DNA of 64,000 nt from Felis catus (lineage: Eukaryota): contig NC_058383.1 in assembly GCF_018350175.1 (NCBI RefSeq), positions 29,018,001 through 29,082,000 on the forward strand, given 5' to 3'. Every line of letters begins with the position of its first letter. The first letter of the stretch is position 1. The notes under the pieces are model-generated. The model was not told where the DNA came from and made no database searches. It saw only the letters and a list, made by a program, of their open reading frames with translations. A program made the translations under genes and the position numbers. Shown here piece by piece: positions 27,523 to 40,058 of this stretch.

Positions 27523-28179
27523 CGTTTTTTCCCTTGTAATATATGCGTGTGCATCACACTTAACATCAGAGAGATTCAGAACTGAAGGACTGTAGGAAAA
27601 CAAAATATGTCCTTTCTGTCCAGCCCTTTCACTGACAATGGGGAGAGCCACGCTCATTTGCCCCATTTGCTAGCAACTGCCATTCGTATGGAGCAGCGTG
27701 GAGTGCTGGATCACTCGTGAGTTGTCCGTGGGCACAAGTGTTTGGAAGTGCAGACCCTGCTTGTCTCTCGAGAGTGCTGCCCAATCACCTGCCAGGTGAT
27801 TGCTTATCTTCTTCCTGGTGGTCCCTCCCTCATACAGAAGGTGCTGGAATAACAGGAGGACGAGCCTGCTCTGTTCTGATTCCCTGTGTTGGCTCTCAGT
27901 TTTTAGCACCCTGGCTGATGGGTCAGATGTGTCTTTACTGACTGTTCAGGTTGAGTATAAATTAAGTCTGTTGTTAGAAGCGTTACAGTGATTTCCCCCA
28001 CCATGAGACTTCCGACGTCCCAACTAAGTGAGAGTTACAACACAATTTGTACCATTGGTAAGGCATGGCTGGGGCTGTCACAACAGTCCGCATAATTGGT
28101 TCCATTTGCTTCTCAAATTTTAAAAAACTTGTTTAACTCCTCCAGTAGAATTGTTTCATTTTGGGGTATCGGGTGGTAG

Positions 28180-28400
28180 CACAGTGCACTTGTCTGTGTG
28201 ATCAGGTACCTGGGTTTGAATTTGAATCCCAGTCCCATTTCTTAAACCTGTGCCACCTTGGGCAAGTTACTTACCCTCTCTGTGCCTCAGCTTCCTCGTC
28301 TGTCAACGGAGAATGTTCCTGCTCATTTGATAGGCCTGTAGTGAGCGTAGAATGAGAGAATGTGTGTAAAATGGACAGTGGCTGGCAAATCGTGGTGCTC
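28180..28400. mobile_element. MIR
   Basis: MIR core ccttgggcaagttacttaccctctctgtgcctcagcttcctcgtctgt. Confidence 0.8.
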
Positions 28401-28799
28401 GGTCAGCCTGGGGCTGCTACGCTGCCGTGGGGACATTTATACCTGGAGGATGTGCTTCTCTGACCAGCTGCCAGGAGCACACACAGGGCTGTTTGACTTT
28501 CATAGAAGACACCCTACGATCATCCCTCCTGTGCTGCCCACACCCTGAAAGTGCGGTTCTCTATTCACTTACGAGCCTTGATCAGCAAAGGGAAGGCGGG
28601 GAGGAAAGGCCGCCTGTAACAGTGGTGTCCAGGGAGAGGACATGAATGTGTTTTCTTCTTTTCCTTATTGCTTTTGTCCTTTGAGGCCTGTGGTTGTTTC
28701 TCAGCCTTTGTGCTGTGTAGCATTTCCAGGTGTGGATTTTTACTGGGAGAAGAGAGGAAAGAGATAGCATTTACTTAGTGACCTGTGGGAAGCTGTTTC

Positions 28800-29390
28800 T
28801 TTTTATTTTTTTTTAACAGCTTTATTGGGATGTAAATTCACGCAACATATAATCCACCCATTTAAAGTGTCCGATCCAGGGCTCCTGGGTAGCTCAGTCG
28901 GTTGAACGTCTGACTTCGGCTCAGGTCATGATCTTGCAGTTCATAGGTTCAAGCCCTGCATCAGGCTCTTTGCTCACAGCTCAGACCCTGGAGCCTGCTT
29001 TGGATTTTGTGTCTCCCCCTCTCTCTGCCCCTCCCCTGCTCATGCTCTCTTCCTCTCTCAAAAATAAATAAATGTTAAAAAAAGTAAATAAATCATACAA
29101 TCCACTGGTTTTTGGTACATGACATTATTACTTCTTTTAAATTATGGCAAAATACATGTAACATCCAATTTGCTGTTTGAAACACACATTTTTAAGTGTA
29201 CAATTCAGTGGCATTAAGGACATACACAGTTTGGTGCAACCATCTTCCTATGTTTTCAGAGCTTTTTCCTCACCCCAAATAGCAACTCTGTAACCATTAA
29301 GCAATAACTCCTCACCCCTGCCTCCCCTCAGCTCCTGGGACCTTCTTCTGATCTACTTTTTTGTCTTTATAAATTTTGTCCTTTTCGTGA
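28800..29390. mobile_element. Old L1 tails (minus) with a nested plus-strand CanSINE (28878-29090)
   Basis: aacagctttattgggatgtaaattcac... tail motif; SINE body. Confidence 0.8.
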
Positions 29391-29520
29391 GCTGTTCCTT
29401 TTTGAGCACCTCATTGCTTCAGTGAGACTTTAATCTGTTAGAACAGATTACACTTTGCAAACACCTGGGGCATATTTCTTTCCCATTTGTTTGCTGTCTT
29501 CTGTTTCGGTCACTTCTTAG

Positions 29521-30300
29521 ACACACGCGCCTCGAGATAGGTGGATGCGACGTTGTGCGAGTACCTCGGCCGAGGGTTGCTTGTTGGCAGGTCTGCGGAA
29601 GCCTGACGAGTGGAGCAGAGGCCTCAGGCCGGGCCATCCTGCCACGCTGCTGGGACAGTCATCCTTTGCGCCGCTGGGCTTCTGCGTCTGGGAAACGGGG
29701 TTAATAAACTTCCTCCTGGTCGGGTCGACCTGTGGGTGCACCGCGGCATCGGCGAGGCCACTCAGCGCGGCGTGCAGCCTGTCATGGGCGCACAGAGTGT
29801 GGTTGTTGCTGTGACTTTAACCGAAGTGAACCTCCAAGAAGGGAACGTGATTCTCGTTTTTCCTGGTAGCAGGGGCAGTGGTAGATAAAGCAAGCAGGCT
29901 GTGTGTGCATTGCTGAGTTGTCTTGGGGCCGAGGTGCATGATGCCCATGAAAACCTTTCTGTAGACGACAGCAGCCCAGGATCTGCTCAGAGAGCGCCGC
30001 CTGTCTTCGCGTCGGAGTGAAAAAGGTCTTGCCGCGAGGTTGGGTCGTGAATGGGAACCGGAGACTCTGCCCGTATGCCGGTCACGCTCGCGTGTGTGGA
30101 GACTTACGAGGCCGGCGAGGCAGCCAAGTGAGGCACACGGTGTCCTCCGTTCGTCCGCCACCGGGAGCGGCTGTGCCGTGTGCGCGTCTCTTGCCCCAGC
30201 AGCCTCCGGTGATGCCGGAGCCGAGGAGGTCAGGGAGGCGGGACGGAGGCAGGCCGTGGCAGTGGTGATCGTGGGACCTTTCGTGTCCAGTGGGCTGGCT
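29521..30300. promoter_or_regulatory. Intronic CpG island
   Basis: About 65 CpGs in 780 bp by hand count; GC-rich and not a recognisable repeat. Function is unproven. Confidence 0.6.
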
Positions 30301-30517
30301 TCCCCAAAAACATGTAGCGGTTGACCTTTAATTCCGTATTCACAGTGCTGGCATGAAGGGGTCATGTTCTCTGCCCCTCACCTTCTTCCAAAACTGGATT
30401 TTGCACCAGGGACAGGGAGCAGAGTCCATCACTCATTCTGAACTGAGTAGAAGGGGACTGTGGTGCTATCGTGGAGGTGACCTTTTTGTCATGAAGAGCC
30501 AAGCAGTAGGAGTCCAG

Positions 30518-30852
30518 GGGGCGCCCGGGTGGCTCAAGGGGTTAAGCGTCTGACTCTGGCTCGGGTCATGATCTCACGGTTCATGAGTTCGAGCCCCATG
30601 TCGGGCTTCACGCTGACAATGCAGAGCCTGCTTCATTCTTGCTCTCTGCTCTCTCTCTCTGCCCCTCGCCTGCTCACGCTTTCTCTCTCTCTCAAAATAC
30701 ATAAATTAACTTAAAAAAAAAATGGAGTCTGGGGGGCGCCTGGCTGGTTCAGTCGGAAGAGCATGTGATGCTTGATTTTAGGGTCATGAGTTTGAGGCCC
30801 ATGTTAGGTATAGAGATTACTTAAATAAATAAAAGAAAAAAACTTAAAAAAA
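30518..30852 (+). mobile_element. Two tandem SINEs (30518-30722, 30732-30852)
   Basis: Two heads; a gagtcY target motif is present three times. Confidence 0.9.
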
Positions 30853-31059
30853 GAGTCCATTTTCAACTTCTCCAATTTGTGCAAATCTTGGAGTCTGGCA
30901 CCATGAGGAGTAAAATCGCAGCACTGCAAATGCTTAGAGCAGCCTCCCAGATTCCAGAAGGATTAGAACCGGTTTCTCCCTAGCTTCCAGAATGTGTTTT
31001 ATTCTAGTACACAGCATGTATTTTATCCTCACATACCTTAACCAAAGCCCTTTGTTTAT

Positions 31060-31284
31060 TAATTTTTTAATTTATAAAAAATGTTTATTTATTTTGAGAG
31101 AGAGAGAGCACACATGCACAAGCGAGAGAAGGGGCGGGGTGGGGGGAGGAGAGAGAATCCCAAGGAGACTACGTGTTGTCAGTGCAGAGCCCAACTTGGG
31201 GCTCGATCCCATGAACCGGGAAATTATAACCTGAGCTGAAATCGGGAGTTGGACGCTTAACCGACTGAGCCCCCCAGATGCCCC
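31060..31284 (-). mobile_element. CanSINE
   Basis: TSD caaagcccttt. Confidence 0.92.
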
Positions 31285-31630
31285 CAAAGCCCTTTATTTA
31301 AACCCAAGTCATGTTTGCTTCACTTTTGGTTCCCCGAGTTACTAGGATAGAAAGAATCTCCAAGAATTGACTTGGTTTGATCACCCCAGAAATTCTTAAG
31401 TACGTTGGTTTTCAGGAAGGTAGAAAACCGCTGAGTCTCGGGCACATTAAATTCTTCTCAGGCCTTTAGTCTGGCTTAAGACGGGGACCCTGTGGTTGTT
31501 TGCATGACTTCTTCAGGGAAGAGAGGGATCGCCTCAAGTTAGTATCTCCTTGTCTAATTTTGACCTTGCTGTCTTAATTGCCGGAGATCAGCTGAGATGT
31601 GTCTGCGGCTTTATCAAAAGGCTGCTTTTG

Positions 31631-31862
31631 GGGGCGCCTGGGTGGCGCAGTCGGTTAAACGTCCGACTTCAGCCAGGTCATGATCTCGCGGTCCGTGAGT
31701 TCGAGCCCCACGTCAGGCTCTGGGCTGATGGCTCGGAGCCTGGAGCCTGTTTCCGATTCTGTGTCTCCCTCTTTCTCTCTGCCCTTCCTCCATTCATGCT
31801 CTGTCTCTCTCTGTCCCAAAAAAAATAAATAAAAACGTTGAAAAAAAAATTAAAAAAAAAAA
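31631..31862 (+). mobile_element. Young felid CanSINE
   Basis: Perfect TSD aaaaggctgcttttg (31616-31630, 31860-31874). Confidence 0.95.
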
Positions 31863-32118
31863 AGGCTGCTTTTGAAGAAAACGTAAGGGGCGCACCGCAC
31901 ACACCTCTTCTTGTGTTGTCAGCCCCGCGGACCCTATGGCGGCTGTGCACCTGCTGGGCCGTGCCAACCTTGTGTTGGCTCTCCTTACTTTAAACTACAT
32001 TTCCCCCTGGCTTAATAACTTGTTTATCCTTACGATAAACATATCACCTGTAGAGGTAAAAAAATCAACCAACCCCCAGGTAGGTATGTAAGCAGCTCCC
32101 TCTTCCACAGAAGGATAT

Positions 32119-32611
32119 AGTATTAGTTTTCCTGTTGTTGCTATAACAAATCACAGCAAGCTTTGTGGCTTTAGACAAGAGGAATTTATTCCTTATTCCC
32201 TTCTGGTCTGGGGGCCAGAAGTTTGAAATCGAGCTGTCGGCAGGGCTGCATTTCCTCCAGAGGCTCTGGGGAAGGATATGTCCCTTGCCTGTTCTAGCTT
32301 TCGGTGGCTGCTGGCAGTCCTTGGCTTCTGGGCACATCTCTCCGCTCTCTGCCTCCATGGTTACATTGTGCCTTCCTCTGTGTGTATGTGTGTGTGTGTG
32401 TGTGTGTGTGTTCTCCCTTTGCCTCTCTTGCAGAAGGACACTTGGGCTGGCATTTAGGGCCCACTTGGGTAATAATCCAGGATAATGTTCTCAAGAGGCT
32501 TAACAGTGATTAACTACATCTGTTGGGACCCTTTTTCCATATAAGGCAACATTGACGGGTACCGGGATTAGAGTGTGTGTCTTTTTGGAGATCACCATTC
32601 AACTCACTATA
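32119..32611 (-). mobile_element. MLT1 (ERVL-MaLR) solo LTR with internal (GT)n
   Basis: Matches the recalled MLT1C/D layout from end to end (gtattagttttcctg...caccattcaactcacta). Confidence 0.85.
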
Positions 32612-32877
32612 GGCTGTTAGTAGTAAAGTCAGCATTCTTAGGTATTCCTCGCCTTGCTTTGGCAAGGAAAAACCAGGTGGTAGTTATTTTTAAGACTATG
32701 TGACATTTCATTCGTATAATTCGAGGGTCACCAGTGTACCTAATATCTGATAGTGGCTACCCCAAAATCTCCGTTGAACACCTTCCACTCTTCAGTGAGT
32801 TCCCTACATCATTTATTCACATTCGCTCTAATTGCTTCCAGCAATGCTCAGAGGTAAATAATAATGTCCCCACTTTA

Positions 32878-33655
32878 AGTTCTTAATTTTTTTTTTTTGT
32901 TTAAATTTTTTTTTTCAACGTTTATTTATTTTTGGGACAGAGAGAGACAGAGCATGAACGGGGGAGGGGCAGAGAGAGAGGGAGACACAGAATCGGAAAC
33001 AGGCTCCAGGCTCTGAGCCATCAGCCCAGAACCCGACGCGGGGCTGGAACTCACGGACCGCGAGATCGTGACCTGGCTGAAGTCGGACGCTTAACCGACT
33101 GCGCCACCCAGGCGCCCCTAAGTTCTTAATTAAAAAAAAAATTTTTAATGTTTATTCATTTTTGAGAGACAGAGTGTGAGTAGGGGAGGGGCAGAGAGAG
33201 ACGGAGACACAGAATCCGAGGCAGGCTCCAGGCTCCGAGCTGTCAGCACAGAGCCTGATGTGGGGCTCGAACTCATGGACCATGAGATCAGGACGCAAGC
33301 TGAAGTCGGACGCTTCACTGGCTGAACCCCCAGGCACCCCTTGAGTTCTTACTTTTAAGTAATCTTTCCACCCAAAGTGGGACTCAAACTCACAACAACA
33401 CCAACATTAAGAGTCACATGCTGTACTGACTGAACCAGCCAGGTGCTTCAATCATGTCCCCATTTTATTTTTTTAATTAATTTATTTAGAGAGAGCTCAC
33501 AAGTGGGGGAAGGGTGGAGACAGAGAGAGAGGAAGAGAAAGAATCTTAAGCAGGCCCCACACCCAACATGGAGCCCAATGCTTACAACCCTAAGATCATG
33601 ACCTGAGCCAAAATCACGAGTCGGATGTCAAACTGATGGCCCCCCAGGCCCCCCA
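32878..33655 (-). mobile_element. Stack of four SINEs inside a MIR relic
   Basis: Heads end at about 33118, 33340, 33449 and 33654; nested TSDs. Confidence 0.92.
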
Positions 33656-35079
33656 GTCATGTCTGCATTTTAAGGCTAAGACTGTCTGCTGAGGGTCTCA
33701 GAAATGGCAGAGTCGGGGATGACCCAGGTCTGTTCTCGCCCAAGAATGGTTTCTTCCTCCACAGCACGCGGTTTCTAAAGAGTCAGTTCTGTGGTGGTTT
33801 GCTCATTTTTGTAAGAGACGGTGCCAGTATCTTTGAAGGGTTTCCTTTTCTCTTGGGGTTTGGCCTGAGCAGTGATCATGAGATGTTGACTTTGACCCCT
33901 GGGTTCTGCGGGACTAGTTTCCTGTGACATTTTACAGTCCACCCTTCCACAGGCCGCACGCGTGACGTCTTTGTATAATGCTTAGTTTAACGTTTTTATG
34001 TGATGCCATTTGATACGGTTCATTTGATGGGGACTGTTCACATGAGCTGCTGCTCTCACCCCCCTTCCTTGTTTCTAGTGTTGTATCTGTTTAAGAAAGG
34101 CCATGAGTTGGCTTCAGGACAGATGTTGGGTAACGCTCTATTTGTCAAAACATCAAGTGACTATAGATGGAGAATTGGGTGCCTCCCGCCCGAGTGAAAT
34201 TAAAATAACTGATGCCACAGCCAGTCCCTTCCAGCCCGCGGATGTCTTCGTATTTTACACGAGAGCTTTAGCGAGCAAAATAAATGAGCTTGTTTTGTGA
34301 GAGATGTCTGCATGCTTCCTACCCTGGATGATGAAATTAGTTTTTTATGGCACATAAATATGTATAATGATGAGCCCTTGCGTACAGGGTTCTCATGAAG
34401 TGCTTTTCCCGCTGTGCCCTGAAGGAAATACCGAGACCATTTGCAAGTACAGGAGAGCTGGCCGCCGTTAAAGGTTGCAGTTTTCCTTTGGAAGGCGCAG
34501 GACGTGGGGCGAGCCTCAAATTAATTCACTGCTCACATTGTGTAGAGATTAGATTTTACTCCACATCTCTGTATCCCAGTCTTCAGTGGTGTGAGGGGAA
34601 TGCAGTTTTACTTGGAAAGCTGTTTTCTGAGACAAAGCTTCTTAGGAACAGAAGCCCAGTCTGGAAGAAAGCACTTGAGCGAACGCAAATGTTTAACTCA
34701 TCGAATGAAATCCTGCGTTTCTAGGAAGAAGAGCAAGGCGTTGGGGGGCTAAAGGTTTTTCTTTTTGTTGGGGTGGCGGGGGGTGGGGGCAGGGATCAGA
34801 TGAGCACTGTTGTACTTTATTCAGACATGCCATAACATTAGAGATCCTTCCAGATCATTCAGACCTGGGTGTTATGTGTACAACTCTGATGTTACAGGAG
34901 GCAGACTCTCGTATTCAGGCGCCTATAGGTCTCCCAGGCTGGGATGTGCCGGTTCGAGAGTTTTCCTGAGGGCGATCACCGCGCGTGGGGGCAGCTGTGC
35001 CTGGGAAGCCCGAGGCCCAGGCAGCCCACGGTAGCAGTTCTTCCTGCATTGCAAACAGGGGAAGATTGTCCTTTTCTTT

Positions 35080-35137
35080 TCTTTGAAGATTATATTATTT
35101 ATTTTGAGAGAGAGAGTGTGTGTGCGAGTGGGAGAGG

Positions 35138-35179
<42 letters not shown>

Positions 35180-35296
35180 CCCGAGCATGCTCTGCACAGA
35201 GCCTGACACCAGGCTCCGAACCCACAAACCATGAGATCATGACCTGAGCAGAAACCGAGAGTCAGACGCTTAACCAGCTGCGCCACCCAGGAGCAC
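35080..35296 (-). mobile_element. CanSINE
   Basis: TSD gaagRttgtcctttt. Confidence 0.92.
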
Positions 35297-36237
35297 CAGA
35301 AGGTTGTCCTTTTTGTCTGTTGACAGCCTGGCTTTCCTTGCGGCCTGTCCTTCCCGTTGCCTTGAAATTTCAGCCTCCCCACAGCTCTTGCTCAAACGGC
35401 AGCCTCATTATGTGCCTGGGCTTGGTTATAATTTAATCGGCCATTAGAGCATTACCAAAAAAATGTTTCTGGGACCTTGTGTCTGAAGCTCTTGATTCAC
35501 CTGGGGCTTGGGTAGCGACTGAGGACTAAAAACGTGACTCGTCCCTGTTTGTTCCTGCTGGGGCTCCAGCCTCAGCATTTCACATCGAGGCTTTGGAAAC
35601 AGCTCAGGTTACAAGCCACACGTGAGAGGGGTACCCAGCAGAGGCGGGTGGGCATTACTGTAGAGCTGGTAGTGAGAAGCTTTGGTCCTGAGTCCTGTCT
35701 CTGCTCCCGTGGCGGCCAAAGGGAAGCCAGTGAACTTGGAAGAACCTTCCTCCTTCCTGGTCTGATGAGACTGGTACTTATCTGCCTGTCCCGCAGACAC
35801 CAGATGAGATAGGGTAAACGTACAATACATTTTGTCTTTCTGGCCAGGCACTTTGTGCTTCATGTTTTTTTGTCTCATTGAAACACAAAATACCCACTCA
35901 TAATTCCACCAGCCAAAAAAAAAAAAAAAATCCCCTCACTTTAGAGCATGTCTCAGCAGTGTGTTTTCTGTGTCTGTTTCATTTACTAATTGAGATCAGT
36001 ATGATTCATTTACTGATTGAGATGGTACTCGTTTTATAATTTTGTAACTTAAAAAAATACAGTAATGAATTTCCAAAAGATATTCAAGCCAGTGGCCAGC
36101 ATCACGTAGATGGCTTTCAGTGGTTCGTCGGGTGGATGTATCATGGCCCTCTTACAACCTAACCTTCGTGTTTGGGCCTCTTGTCAGTCACCACGTCCCC
36201 TACACTATGATGGGCATGACCATTTTTTGCCAGTTGC

Positions 36238-36439
36238 TTTTTTTTTTTTTTTTTTTTGAGAGAGATGGAGTGTGAGTGGGGGAAGGGCAGAAAGAGAGGG
36301 TGACACAGAATCCGAAGAAGGCTCCAGGCCCCGAGCTGTCAGCCCAGAGCCCGACGTGGCGCTCAGACCCATAAACCATGACATCATGACCTGAGCCGAA
36401 GTCAGACGCTTAACCCACTGAGCCACCCAGGCACCCCCC
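36238..36439 (-). mobile_element. CanSINE
   Basis: TSD gcc(a)agttgctt. Confidence 0.92.
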
Positions 36440-36717
36440 TGCCAAGTTGCTTCTTAAAGTGGCCATCGACACAGCGCTCTGATTTGCTTTCTTTCTCTAC
36501 CTTTGGATTTAGCCCTGGAAAGCATGTTACTGTGGGAGCAGAATTAAATATTTTCTTTCAGAATCACTGATCTTATACATAGTTGTGGTTATGCAGAATT
36601 TCAAAGAACTGTAATGATCTTTTCAGTTCCCTGAGATTTGAGCCTCTAGTGAATAGTGTTCCTGAGTCACCTTTGGGACTTCTTGCATGCATTTTTGAAT
36701 ATCACTTTTGCCCTCTT

Positions 36718-36732
36718 TGTTCGTTCGTTCGT

Positions 36733-36804
<72 letters not shown>

Positions 36805-37269
36805 ATATTTATTTATTTTATTTTTGAGGTGGGGGGGGGGGGTTGGGCAGAGAGAGAAGGGGAGACACAGAATCCAAAGCAGGCTTCAGGCTCTGAGCTG
36901 TCAGCACGATGCTGGGCTTGAACTCATAAACCCATGAGATCATGACCTGAGCTGAAGTTGGACACACAACCGACTGGGCCACCTGGGTGCCCCTGCCCAG
37001 GTCTTTGTTTTCTTTAGCAAGAATTAAAAAAAAATTTTTTTTAACATTGATTTTTGAGAGATAGACAATGAGCAGGGGAGGGACAGAGAGAGAGGGAGAT
37101 ACAGAATCTGAAGCAAGTTCCAGGCTCTGAGCTGTTAGCACACAAACAAGTTCCAGGCTCTGAGCTGTTGTTAGCACAGGGCCTGATGTGGGGCTTGAAC
37201 CCACGAACCCTGAGATCATGACCTGAGCCGAAGTCAGATATTTAACTGACTGAGCCATACAGGCGCCCC
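36718..37269 (-). mobile_element. (TTCG)n(TTTC)n tail plus two tandem CanSINEs (about 36805-36993, 37025-37269)
   Basis: Two heads; target motif tgcc..tctttgtt is present three times. Confidence 0.92.
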
Positions 37270-38030
37270 TGCCGTCTTTGTTTTCTTGAGCTTAGCTGCA
37301 CAAAATGGGTTAACACTGGCATCAGCTTGGCAGTCCGTTTTTATTCACCAGACAACTTGGGAATGATGGTTCAGAGAAGCCATAGTCCAAGGCAAGCTAT
37401 CGTGTCATCAAAGAATAACCTTTAATCTAAGTGTACTTCTTTGAGCAGCCCAGTGTGCTTTGTGGTTGCCAGAGTCAGAGTCTGACACTTGCTGGTGAGG
37501 TCAGAGAATTTCGATAAGGTTAGAGGTGTCTGATTCCGTGTGTCGGGCATGTTACTCACGCCAAGTGTTGGCCAATCTTCGGTGCCGCGTTAGTGCTGAA
37601 GTTTAACGCGTGATGCTAGAGGTGTTCATCTGTAGCCAGTTCACAGAACCAGGGGGACTTTTGCCTTAAGTTGGCAAGAGAGTCATATTAGTGATCTTTT
37701 TGCGCCTTTCTAAAAAATGAGAACCACGGTTGTCAGCCATAATGTCCCCGCAGTTTAGCTCTTGCAGAGAAGCTAGTTGCTGGTCACAGTTGACCTCCTG
37801 GTCTCAGGGAGTGGTGGAAGACTTATGTCATTGCTTCCTTGGTTTTTGCTTTGGTAGTTCTGTGTTTTTCTAAGCCAGACTCATTTAATGTACATACATC
37901 ATTAAGACTGATGCTTTTTTGGAGCCGTTGGCACAGCTTCTTGGTCCTTCTTATGCTGGTTGATTACTGAATCATCATTAATGGCAATTAGCACGAGACT
38001 GAACATGCTCTTTTCCTGTTCTCTCAACTT

Positions 38031-38158
38031 GGTGGTTCTCAGTCTGTAGAGTTTCTGAGTCGGTAGGTCTTCGGTAGGGCCCGGGGATTTGCCTTTCTAA
38101 CAGGTCCCCAGGTGGTACTGATACGGCTGGTCTGGGGAACCCCATTTTGATAAGAACT
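38031..38158 (+). mobile_element. MER5A-like hAT MITE, internally deleted
   Basis: gtggttctca...agagtttctgagtcggtaggtct...tttctaacaggtccccaggtg matches the recalled consensus. Confidence 0.75.
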
Positions 38159-39849
38159 CAAGGTTCTGGGCTGCTAAGAAGTTGTATACCTGGAATGAGC
38201 TTCTTCAGTGACTAGCAAGCCTCCTCACGTAGTCTAGGTCCCAATGTCATACTGCCCTGGGCTGGAAAGGATATGGGCAGATGGCTTTTCGTGAGTGCTA
38301 TGCAGCATATGGGAGACTTTAGAGATAAAATCATCGTGCACAGTAGCCCATTAAAGAGGCTGAGCTGAAGTTACCTCGTCTGATGAGCAAAAGACCTTGG
38401 AATTTGCTGTGCTTTACTGTTGGATCTTTCCAGACGTGTTTGAAAGCCGAGATAAACAGCATCATGAATCACTGGAGAACACTAAAAATCTGACAGACGC
38501 CCACAAGGGTAAACTTTGTTTCGCGGCATCTAGAATGTGAACTTGAGTTTACGGTTTCTTAGAATAGAATCTTGGTATAAAATTGGCGATTGTACCAAAT
38601 AGGAGTTTTAATTTTAACCTTTGATGGAGTTAGTAGCATCAGCCCTTTTAGAGGGTAGGTGCTAAAATAATATTTCATCAGAAAGCTTGCAGGGATGTGG
38701 CAGGACTTCTGCCCTGTCGTGTCTGTACTCAATTACAGCCATCTTGAATCTTCTCGAAAATAGAAATACCATGTTGTGCAAGTGTGGTCCAAATGTCTTT
38801 GACACCCGCAGATTCTGAAGGCGTTCGGCAAGAGCATTGTTCAGCACAGTTCACGGCCAAGGAACACTCCTGAGCGTATTTACCGGCGTTTCTGCCTGCC
38901 CAGTGCGTTGTCTCGTGTGTTAGAATGAACACTGTCAAGCAGATGACCCCCGTGTGAAGTCTTTGATCACATCATTTCAGGCCTTGTGACAGCCAGTTTG
39001 TATGAGGCAAGCGTACACTCAAATGTTGTAATTTTTACTTCAAAAGGGCAGGGATGTGACCAGAGCGGTGGCTTGCAGACAGCCTGGCACACAGAGGTGG
39101 GGGGGCCACCGGGGAGTTGACTTTGGTTCAGTTCCACCGATGCTCAGCTACGCTTTTAGGGTCGGTTTCCCAATGACACAGCTTTCTCCAGAGTTGCAGT
39201 TGGCCAAGTCACACGCGTACTTGGTTTGCGTGTTCTTCCAGGGTTTAGGGCTATTCATTTCTCTCTAAAGCCCAGACACGGAGGCATCGGGGAAGAGTGA
39301 GAAGCGCTATTAATAATTTATTTGAAAGGGGTTTCTATTTAGTGAAAGTGTTGAGCAAGCAAACAAGATAGTGTGGAATTAACTAACTTAAAAAAAAAAA
39401 AATCTTTGTGGAGTCTTTTTGCCAAGAACAGATTTTTATTTACTTCAGTCAGAGAAAATATGAGAGAACAAATAGCCTGTATGTTGGGTGACGAAAGATA
39501 CCTTTCAAAAAAGGGTTTGAAACATTTAGATGGTGAGAGGGATTGGGGAAGTCTCCTTTTTAAGTATAATTCTTGTTGCAATTCATAGCACCGTTGATTT
39601 TCTCAGTGTGTTAGTGAGGTCGCATGATTTTAGAAACAAAATGATACTTTAAAAAAGAAATCAAGCAATTTCAGACTCAGACATGTGATTTTACTTTATA
39701 TTCCTCTCTCCACGACGGGTAAGATGGGGCACAAGATTGATCTAAGTGGCATTTTCAGTCAGGTGTCTCTGGCAGTCTCTAGTTATTTCCCCTGGGCCTC
39801 CCAGTTCTGCTAGCCTTTAGTTTATTTTTTAAGTTTGAAAAGTAATAGT

Positions 39850-40058
39850 GGGGGCACCTGGGTCGCTCAGTCAGTTAAGCGTCTGACCTTGGCTCAGGTC
39901 GCGGTCTCACCATTGGTGGGTTTGAGCCCCGCGTCGGGCTCTGTACTGACAGCTCAGAGCCTGGAGCCTGCTTCAGATTCTGTGTCTCCCCCTGTCTCTG
40001 CCCTTCCCCTACTCATGCCCTCGCTCTCTCAAAAATAAATAAACATTAAGCAAAAAAT
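39850..40058 (+). mobile_element. CanSINE
   Basis: Head, (CT)-rich segment and A tail. Confidence 0.92.

Noticed and set aside
29817..30365. 182-aa minus-strand ORF and overlapping ORFs in the CpG island
   Set aside because: No recognisable domain; long ORFs in several frames are expected in GC-rich, stop-poor DNA.
32861..33672. Repeat-spacer-like pattern resembling a CRISPR array
   Set aside because: The repeats are degenerate TSDs and the spacers are SINEs; the context is a eukaryotic intron with no cas genes.
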